A stretch of DNA of 63,464 nucleotides, the filler included. It is 4 parts of 4 records of this genome, joined end to end, with 100 filler letters (N's around TTAATTAATTAA, not from the genome) between each part and the next. Parts side by side here need not be neighbours in the genome. Positions count along the whole stretch, not along the records: positions 39,247 to 58,834 come from SRR20825010_3186; positions 58,935 to 63,464 come from SRR20825010_3200; 2 more parts are not named here. One strand, 5' to 3'. The notes beneath the pieces are model-generated. The model was given only the letters and a program-made list of their open reading frames with translations, made no database searches and had not been told where the DNA came from. Each line of letters begins with the position of its first letter. The stretch's first letter is position 1. Of the stretch, positions 54,010 to 61,460 are shown one piece after another. The translations under genes were made by a program, and so were the position numbers.

Positions 54010-55575
54010 ATGATTTCCCCTCGAGTAAAAATGTTCGTTCGTACCACCGATGTTGGTCTTCGTCCGCTGCGTTGGCTGCCTGCCGTGATGCTCGCCGCGA
54101 TTGGAATCGTCGGGGCTAGCTTGAGCGACGCTTCCGCTCAAACCGCGTTGGGTGAAAAAGTTTTGTTTGGGGAGAGTCCACTCACTGACATCCAAATCAC
54201 TTCGCAGGATGCGAAGATCGAACCAGTCCCCAACGCTTTGATGAAAGTCACGGTTCCGCCCAGCAATGGCTATCCCAATGTGCAGTGGAATGTCACCGGA
54301 ACGCCGCTCCGCTTGGACGCGTTTGATGCCCTGGAGACCGAAGTTTTCAACCCCGGCAACCAATCGGTCAAAGTCGTGCTGACGGCACGCAACCCTGGAT
54401 CGAGCGGTCGCGATGGCAGCAGCGCGGCTGCGGCAACGGTACCACCCAATTCATCTGGAGTCATCCGTGTCGCGTTTGGGACTTGGCATGGACAAACCGA
54501 CGTTCCCTTTGACGCAGCCCGAATCCAATCGGTGGCTGTCATCATCGAGAAACCAACCGATCAAAGCTCGATCACGATCCAGAGCATCCGAGCGGTCAGC
54601 GAATCTCGTTTGCTGGAACAACTGAAGACCACCGCGTTCTTTCAAAACCAAACGCCGTTCTTCGGCCGAGGCGTGAACATCGGCAACGCGTTGGAGGCTC
54701 CTCGCGAAGGCGATTGGGGCCCGCGACTGGAAGCAAAACACTTGGACCTGATCCAACAAGCCGGTTTTGATTCGGTTCGAGTGCCAGTTCGCTGGTCGAC
54801 ACATGCCAGCAACACCGCCCCTTACACGATCAGCTCCACCTTCATGAAGCGGGTTCGTTGGGTGGTCGACGAAGGGTTACGCCGCGATCTCAAAGTGATG
54901 ATCAACATCCATCATTACGAGGGCTTGTACGCCAATCCGGAACAGCATCACGATCGGTTCCTCGAACTGTGGCGTCAGATCGCGAACGAATTCGAGGATG
55001 CTCCGCCGGAACTGGTATTCGAAGTTTTGAATGAACCACACGAAAATCTCGACGCCGGCAAATGGAATCGCCTGTTGGCGGACGCTCTCCCAATCATTCG
55101 CGAAAAACATCCCACTCGAACAATCGTGGTTGGACCAGCGAACTTCAATTCCATCGACGCGTTGCAGTTTCTCAAACTCCCAGAAGATCGTCAAAACTTG
55201 GTCGCAACATTCCACTACTACTCGCCGTTTCAGTTCACTCACCAAGACGCGGGATGGTTGGGTGACGAATCCAAACAATGGAAAGGCACCACCTGGACGG
55301 GAACGCCCGAACAGCAAAAGGCCGTCCGCAACGATCTTGATCGAGCTCTCCGCTGGAGCGTTGAAAACGAGGTCCCCATCTACCTCGGTGAGTTTGGTGC
55401 CTACCAAGCCGCCGACATGGAATCACGAATTCAGTGGACGCGTTTTGTCGCCGACGAAGCGATCGAGCGAAGAATCGGAATCGCCTACTGGGAGTTTTAC
55501 TCTGGGTTTGGAATCTACGATCCGAAACAACAACAATGGCACAAAGGCCTACGCGACGCGATCCTCGGAAAGTAG
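54010..55575 (+). CDS. Glycoside hydrolase family 5 (endoglucanase-like) with N-terminal CBM-like domain
   Basis: RGVNIGNALEA, VRVPVRW, INIHHY, NEP (acid/base), HYY, GEFG (nucleophile) and YWEF motifs. Confidence 0.9.
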   Translation: MISPRVKMFVRTTDVGLRPLRWLPAVMLAAIGIVGASLSDASAQTALGEKVLFGESPLTDIQITSQDAKIEPVPNALMKVTVPPSNGYPNVQWNVTGTPLRLDAFDALETEVFNPGNQSVKVVLTARNPGSSGRDGSSAAAATVPPNSSGVIRVAFGTWHGQTDVPFDAARIQSVAVIIEKPTDQSSITIQSIRAVSESRLLEQLKTTAFFQNQTPFFGRGVNIGNALEAPREGDWGPRLEAKHLDLIQQAGFDSVRVPVRWSTHASNTAPYTISSTFMKRVRWVVDEGLRRDLKVMINIHHYEGLYANPEQHHDRFLELWRQIANEFEDAPPELVFEVLNEPHENLDAGKWNRLLADALPIIREKHPTRTIVVGPANFNSIDALQFLKLPEDRQNLVATFHYYSPFQFTHQDAGWLGDESKQWKGTTWTGTPEQQKAVRNDLDRALRWSVENEVPIYLGEFGAYQAADMESRIQWTRFVADEAIERRIGIAYWEFYSGFGIYDPKQQQWHKGLRDAILGK

Positions 55576-55637
55576 TTCCAAGCGTTCGCCTCAGGGATTG
55601 TGTTTTGGAAATCCGAAGGGCAACGCGTTTTCGCCTC

Positions 55638-55744
55638 GACGGGTTTGGAAGCCCACCGTACGGGGACGCAAACCGGGGAGCATTCGGCAGTCATCTTCGC
55701 CCCGGATGGGGCCGACTTTCTTAGCTCGGGGTGGAAGCCCCGAG
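55638..55744. repeat. REP-like palindromes between convergent genes
   Basis: Two GGG..TGGAAGCCC hairpins (55641-55654 and 55725-55744) and GCCCC-GGAT-GGGGC (55699-55712). Confidence 0.55.
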
Positions 55745-55750
55745 ACCGAT

Positions 55751-58495
55751 TCACCCAAGCAGTTTGGCCAGCGTCGTTGCCAAGGAACGAAGTGATTCAT
55801 CGTTCTCCAAGCTGATCCGCAATTGAGGCCGACCAGATTCGTCGCGATCCACGCACTGGGTGAGTCGCTCGGTCAACTTGTCGACGGTCTCACTAGCCGG
55901 CGCCGAGCCGTTCCCCATCAACTCGCCCGCCAACGAAAGCGCGGCGGTCACCAGTTGCCCGCTCGCAGCGGAGACCTTTTGGGTTCGTTCGGCGGAGAGT
56001 TTTTCTGCTTCGGCCTCGACCCGCCGCTGTTGACTTTCATCAACGGGCGCCGCAATCGGCTGAGGCAGAATGACCTCCAACCTTCGCTTGAGATCTTCCA
56101 TCCCACTTTGCATCGAAACTTCGGACGCATCACTGTCAAAGTTGAGCGACGCGTCGGCTAAATCCTGTTTCGACGCCAGCGTTGTCAGCAACCCTTCTTC
56201 GATCGTCGGTGTCGGTTCACTGGTCGTGACCAATTTGTAGACATGAACCGGATTCTCTTGCCCCATCCGATAGGCTCGGGCGATCCGCTGTTCCAACACT
56301 GCAGGATTCCAAGGCAAATCCACATTGATCACGGTGTTGGCGGCCTGCAGGTTCAGCCCAGTGGAACCCGCATTGGTCATGTTGATCACGCGGCATTCGG
56401 GATCATTTTGGAACCGAGAAACAATCGCAGCTCGCTTCTTCTGTGGCACTTGTCCGTCCAACCGAACGTAGTCGCACCCGATCTGATCCAGACGGTTTTC
56501 GACGCGGGTCAGCATTCGTCGCCATTCACTGAAAAGAACAATCTTGCGAGTCGGATCGGCAATCAATCCCTCCAGCAATTCTCCTAACCGTTCCAGTTTA
56601 CTGCTGTATTCATCCGCCTCTTGATCCAAAAGGTAGGTGCTGTCGCAGGCCATGCGCGCCATCAGCAAACACTTTTGCATTCGCAGCCGATCCATTTCAG
56701 TCATGAATTTCTTGGCCGCAATCTGTGCCACGACTTTCATGTTCGCATCGTGGACTTCCTTCTGTTCGGCCGTTGCCTCACATCGAATGATTTCGTCCGT
56801 GCGATCGGGAAGTTGCTTGGCGACCTCCGCCCGTGTTCGCCGAAGCAACACGGGACGCATCTTTTCACGCAGCACATCGAGCTGTCGATAACCAAGCGTT
56901 TTGCCTCGGTCGTCCACGACGTGATGCTGGTGGAAGAACTGATACGCAGGCCCCAGCAAATCATCGTCGATGAAGCGGGTGACCGTGAACAGTTCGCCAA
57001 GGCGATTCTCAAGCGGCGTCCCCGACAACACCAACCGAAACGGGCTCTCCAGTTGCCGAATCACGTTGCTCGTTTTGGATTCCCAATTCTTGATCCTTTG
57101 GCCTTCATCCAAAATGATCAAATCCCATGACACGTTTTCGACGGCAGTCAGATCACGAAGCACCTGCTCGTAGTTGCAGATCGTAAAAAAGGTATCACTT
57201 TCATACTGCTCGATTCGCTCTTCGCCCTTCCCCAACACGATCTGCGAGGACCGTCCACTGAACCGAGTGATTTCATCCCTCCATTGGCTTTTCAGCGAAG
57301 CGGGACAGACAACCAACACACGCGAAATATCGGAGAGTTTGGCAAGCAGTTCGGCCACGCCGATTCCTTGGATCGTTTTGCCCAATCCCATGTCGTCAGC
57401 AAGGATGGCTCGTCCCGCCCCAGCGGCAAAGGCGATTCCATCGAGTTGGTATGGCAACAACTCAGCGTTCAAGAGCTTCGTTCGCAACGGATGATCGCTG
57501 ATGGAAGATCGAATCTGATCGCATTCACGCCGAATGTGTTTCTGCATCAATTCGCGTTGCAAAAACGCTTCCGCGTCTGGGTAGATTTTGACGTCATGCC
57601 CGGCTGTTTCAATCGCATTCAAACGATTCATCACCTCGTCCGCGGCAAACATCGGTTTCGTCGCCCCGTTCCCGACGATTTCCATGATGGATTCGTCGAC
57701 CTCGGCCGGCAAATGGAACAACAATCCACTCGAAGTCTCCCCTTCGAACGATCCGTAATGAACGGCCAGAGAAATTTTTTTACGTTGGTAGGGCTGGCGA
57801 AGCTTCGCAGCAGAAAATCGACCCTTGATCTTTTTCTGCACGTGCAAAATGTGCTTGCACGTCCCCAACCGATTCGTGCGAAAGTCGGGGCAGGTGCAAT
57901 AGGACTCCCTGTCGCCCAAACCACGCGCAGCAACTCGGTAAGTGCGACCGGAACGTTCACTGGTGACGACGTAATCTGTCCACGGCGTTTCGGTCTTCAT
58001 CGATCGAACTCGCATGCGTTCTTCTTCCGCACGCTTGGTCCGCTCCGCGATCGCTCGTTCTCGAAGTTCTTTCGCCGTCAAATTCTCAAGCGGCACAGAT
58101 TCATCTGGCGGCATCGCCAATCCCAAGACCGATTTCGCGTCGAGCAAGAAATCCAACGCGGCCCCCAAGTGCTCGCAAGGAACCTCGCATTGATCGCAAT
58201 TCAATTGAAGCTGTTTCTTGCGATCCGAATTCAGAGTGATCGTCGCGATCGCGAATCCATCTTCAATCTCGTCATCTTCGATTCGAACGCGAAACAGGTC
58301 TCCACCAAGATAAACGTCTCGGTCCGACTGGATCTCAAACGCTTGCCCGCCGGATCGAATCAACCGCGCACCTTCGTCGCCCAACAGATTGACAGCTTGG
58401 TGATAGGTCAACGTGCCCAACCGCTGGTGAAAAACATTCGGACGTCGCTCAGTCTTCGTCTTTCGTTTGCCCGCCGTCTTGGTTTCCGTCGCCAT
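55751..58495 (-). CDS. SNF2-family helicase/ATPase with SWIM zinc finger(s)
   Basis: CTCPDF..TCKH SWIM, ADDMGLGKT, DEGQ, SGTPLEN, GLNL and WNP..QR..RAYRMGQ motifs. Confidence 0.92.
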   Translation of the reverse strand: MATETKTAGKRKTKTERRPNVFHQRLGTLTYHQAVNLLGDEGARLIRSGGQAFEIQSDRDVYLGGDLFRVRIEDDEIEDGFAIATITLNSDRKKQLQLNCDQCEVPCEHLGAALDFLLDAKSVLGLAMPPDESVPLENLTAKELRERAIAERTKRAEEERMRVRSMKTETPWTDYVVTSERSGRTYRVAARGLGDRESYCTCPDFRTNRLGTCKHILHVQKKIKGRFSAAKLRQPYQRKKISLAVHYGSFEGETSSGLLFHLPAEVDESIMEIVGNGATKPMFAADEVMNRLNAIETAGHDVKIYPDAEAFLQRELMQKHIRRECDQIRSSISDHPLRTKLLNAELLPYQLDGIAFAAGAGRAILADDMGLGKTIQGIGVAELLAKLSDISRVLVVCPASLKSQWRDEITRFSGRSSQIVLGKGEERIEQYESDTFFTICNYEQVLRDLTAVENVSWDLIILDEGQRIKNWESKTSNVIRQLESPFRLVLSGTPLENRLGELFTVTRFIDDDLLGPAYQFFHQHHVVDDRGKTLGYRQLDVLREKMRPVLLRRTRAEVAKQLPDRTDEIIRCEATAEQKEVHDANMKVVAQIAAKKFMTEMDRLRMQKCLLMARMACDSTYLLDQEADEYSSKLERLGELLEGLIADPTRKIVLFSEWRRMLTRVENRLDQIGCDYVRLDGQVPQKKRAAIVSRFQNDPECRVINMTNAGSTGLNLQAANTVINVDLPWNPAVLEQRIARAYRMGQENPVHVYKLVTTSEPTPTIEEGLLTTLASKQDLADASLNFDSDASEVSMQSGMEDLKRRLEVILPQPIAAPVDESQQRRVEAEAEKLSAERTQKVSAASGQLVTAALSLAGELMGNGSAPASETVDKLTERLTQCVDRDESGRPQLRISLENDESLRSLATTLAKLLG

Positions 58496-58834
58496 GTGTC
58501 AACGCTCCTGCTTTCCAAGCAATCTCTGTGAATCGATACCCAGCACGCATTAGAGCGGATCGGGAATACTTGGGCAGGTAGGCGGAAATAATCGGGCATC
58601 ACCGAGTGGGAGTTTGGGGAGTTGCCCAGAGTTGCACCTGGGACGACCGCACTGGCCTAAAGTGATTCAGCGTCAAAAGACTCCTTCCCAGTTTCTCGCG
58701 GGGCGAAATGCCAGGGTTCCGTCTTCAAAACAAACAGTCGGAAACGATTCAGAAGCCCGCACTCGCTGTCGCCTGGACAAGAGATCCTCGGACGACATCT
58801 CAAGCTGCTTTCTAGCCACAGAGGTCACCGAGAG

Positions 58835-58934
58835 NNNNNNNNNNNNNNNNNNNNNNNNNNNNNNNNNNNNNNNNNNNNTTAATTAATTAANNNNNNNNNN
58901 NNNNNNNNNNNNNNNNNNNNNNNNNNNNNNNNNN
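58835..58934. other. Artificial contig spacer
   Basis: N-TTAATTAATTAA-N linker. Confidence 0.99.
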
Positions 58935-58963
58935 GTGGAAACCCAAACCATGGAGTTAAACTT

Positions 58964-59124
58964 GTCCCTCTAGGGACTGACTATAGGTAGCTTAATTAAA
59001 TAGGTTCTTTAGCTGTGCCTATAGGTACCGCACTATTTGTAAATATTTTAAAGTGCCGTACCTAAAGGCACGGCAAAGTTTTATTGCATTTTTCTTTCTA
59101 CCCAGAGCCTGTCCCTAGCGGGAC
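58964..59124. repeat. Nested inverted REP/REPIN-like element
   Basis: Outer pair 58964-58990 / 59098-59124 (GTCCC-N4-GGGAC..GGTAG, 22/27 match); inner pair 59015-59034 / 59052-59071 (18/20 match). Confidence 0.75.
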
Positions 59125-59146
59125 TTTTGACTAGTCTTCCAAAACT

Positions 59147-59202
59147 TTAAGAGAATATTAAGCCTCAGAATTACCGACCTTAGATTGAATTGCTAACTTT
59201 TG
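59147..59202 (+). promoter_or_regulatory. TTAAG-N6-TTAAG box plus Bacteroidetes -7-like element upstream of the response regulator
   Basis: TTAAG at 59147 and 59158; AACTTTTG ends 40 nt after the box. Confidence 0.65.
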
Positions 59203-59341
59203 CATAGTAATTAAAAAAAATCTGGCTTGACAAAGGGGGATGAGATTACAATTAATGATCAGTTCCACGGAAGGCTAATTAATACTAAGTTGTGCTCTCT
59301 GCGAAAACTCCGTGGCCTTTATGGTTAAAAAAGACTCAATC

Positions 59342-60010
59342 ATGAGAATTCTAGTTGTAGAAGATGAACCGGGTATTTCCAGCTTTTTAAAACAAGGCTT
59401 GGAAGAGGAATCCTATGCAGTAGATGTGGCCGAAAATGGTGAAAAAGGGCTTCAGCTTGCGCTAAGTGGAGATTATGCTCTTTTGTTGCTGGATTGGATG
59501 CTGCCTTTGAGAAGTGGAGTGGAGGTCTGTCGGGAATTTCGCAAGCAGTTTTCAGATACTCCTGTCATTTTTCTCACAGCAAAAGACACCGTGGATGAAA
59601 CGATCATTGGTCTGCAATCCGGGGCGAATGACTACATCAAAAAACCTTTTCACTTCGAAGAATTGTTGGAAAGAATTAAAGTTCAATTGCGAGCTAAAGG
59701 CGGCTCTGAGGAAAAATATACATTAGGCCCGATTACACTTTACACAGATAGACATCAGGTATTCAAAGGAGAGGAGCCAATCCAGTTGACGCAAAAAGAG
59801 TTTGCGTTGCTGGAATATTTAATGAAAAACAAAAATCAAGTTTGCCGACGCACGCAGATCATTGAGGAAGTTTGGGATATTCATTTTGATTACAATACAG
59901 GTGTGATTGATGTTTTTATGAATTCACTCAGGAAAAAACTGCATTTCAATACCAATGAAGATTACATACAAACCGTACGGGGAATAGGTTATATCGCCAA
60001 GGATTTATGA
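59342..60010 (+). CDS. OmpR/PhoB-family response regulator (CusR/CzcR-like)
   Basis: MRILVVEDE, LLDWMLP, FLTAKD, KPF and winged-helix TVRGIGY motifs. Confidence 0.95.
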   Translation: MRILVVEDEPGISSFLKQGLEEESYAVDVAENGEKGLQLALSGDYALLLLDWMLPLRSGVEVCREFRKQFSDTPVIFLTAKDTVDETIIGLQSGANDYIKKPFHFEELLERIKVQLRAKGGSEEKYTLGPITLYTDRHQVFKGEEPIQLTQKEFALLEYLMKNKNQVCRRTQIIEEVWDIHFDYNTGVIDVFMNSLRKKLHFNTNEDYIQTVRGIGYIAKDL

Positions 60011-61386
60011 TAGTTTCCTACAAAGAACGCATAGCACGTCGACTTACTTTAGTCACAGCTTTGATTGTACTCATTGTGTTTGCGATTATATATCTGGTGG
60101 TGGATTACACCGTGATCCAAAGCATAGATCGTGAGCTCAAGCTGGAGACGGACAAGCATGTAGGCCAGATTTTTTTGGTGAATGGGGAGATTCGCTTTGT
60201 GCATAAAGACGAGTGGCTGGAGCAGGAGCACAGCCAGATTCAGCTCAACCCGATTTTTATAGAAATAGTGGATATGCAGGGGAATTCCATGGATAGATCA
60301 CCGAATCTTGGCGAAAATCACTTGAGTTTTTATCCTGATAGAAGGAAAAATCATGAGGCGTGGACGCTTAAAACCGGAAGCAGGGAAGTGCGGCAGATGC
60401 AGATTCCACTGAATCATGCCGGAAAGCAAGAGGGATTTATGCTTGTGGCCAAGTCATTTGAAGATGCCAGAGAACTGTTGACCAACCTCAGAAATATCTT
60501 AGTCATTCTCTATCCTGGAATCTTGATTTCCTTGTTTCTGGCCATGCGGTTTTTGGCGGGAAAAAGCATTCAGCCTATACAGAAGATCATTCAGAAGACC
60601 AATCTTATTTCCCAAAGCAATCTTAATGAGCGAATTGCTGTAGCTGAGCCAAACGATGAAATTGCCCAGCTTACTCGCTCGATCAATGAGTTGCTAGCCA
60701 GATTGGAACAGTCACTGATTAGGGAAAAGCAATTTACATCTGATGCATCTCACGAGTTGAGAACGCCTCTGTCTGTGATGCGGGGTACACTTGAAGTATT
60801 AATTCGTAAGCCTCGGACTTCGGAGGAATATGTGGAAAAAATCAAAATGGCATTGGGGAGTATAGATCGAATGTCAGAGATGATCGATCAATTGCTTTCG
60901 CTAGCGAGAGCTGGAAAGGGTAAAATGAGTAGGGAAGAAGTGGAGTTGGTTTCGTTTACACAGAATTTTGCGCAGCAATCCCAGAGAGAGTCTGGAAGGG
61001 CGATAGAATTCGATACCAATCTAGCAATTCCACTTTTTACGTTGGTCAATGAGAAGTCATTGCAGATGATTTTGAATAACCTTACCCAAAATGCGATTAA
61101 ATACTCCGAGCCAGCTACTAAGATCCAACTGCAGGTAGGTAGTCATGAGGGAGCTCCATTTATTGTGATCAGAGATCATGGTAAAGGGATGACGAAGGAG
61201 TCCATGGATAAGATTTTTGATCCTTTCTACAGAGAGATGGATGATGCTGGAGGTGCGGTTCAGGGTACTGGGCTAGGACTAGCTATAGTGAGAAAACTTG
61301 CTTTGGAATCTGACATACAGGTAGAAGTGGTAAGTGAAAAAGGTAAAGGGTCTGAATTTAGATTGATTTTTAGCCCAGAGATTTAA
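60007..61386 (+). CDS. HAMP sensor histidine kinase (CusS/CzcS-like)
   Basis: Two TM helices, HAMP, DASHELRTPL, NAIKY and GTGLGL motifs; ATGA overlap with the regulator. Confidence 0.95.
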   Translation: MIVSYKERIARRLTLVTALIVLIVFAIIYLVVDYTVIQSIDRELKLETDKHVGQIFLVNGEIRFVHKDEWLEQEHSQIQLNPIFIEIVDMQGNSMDRSPNLGENHLSFYPDRRKNHEAWTLKTGSREVRQMQIPLNHAGKQEGFMLVAKSFEDARELLTNLRNILVILYPGILISLFLAMRFLAGKSIQPIQKIIQKTNLISQSNLNERIAVAEPNDEIAQLTRSINELLARLEQSLIREKQFTSDASHELRTPLSVMRGTLEVLIRKPRTSEEYVEKIKMALGSIDRMSEMIDQLLSLARAGKGKMSREEVELVSFTQNFAQQSQRESGRAIEFDTNLAIPLFTLVNEKSLQMILNNLTQNAIKYSEPATKIQLQVGSHEGAPFIVIRDHGKGMTKESMDKIFDPFYREMDDAGGAVQGTGLGLAIVRKLALESDIQVEVVSEKGKGSEFRLIFSPEI

Positions 61387-61438
61387 GGTAATCTTAAGGG
61401 AGTTTTTCGGGCGTTGCGAAGCCTTTAGGCCATTTTTG
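61383..61438 (+). promoter_or_regulatory. TTAAG-N6-TTAAG box plus Bacteroidetes -7-like element upstream of czcA
   Basis: TTAAG at 61383 and 61394; CATTTTTG ends 40 nt after the box. Confidence 0.7.
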
Positions 61439-61460
61439 TAATTCAATTTTAACCCTTCGC

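Noticed and set aside
57284-58531. 415-aa plus-strand ORF
   Set aside because: Antisense to the SNF2 gene; no motifs.
58496-58834. Short ORFs and a possible repeat start (CACAGAGGTCACCGAGAG) at the contig end
   Set aside because: No coding signature, and the partner arm is missing, so it cannot be supported.
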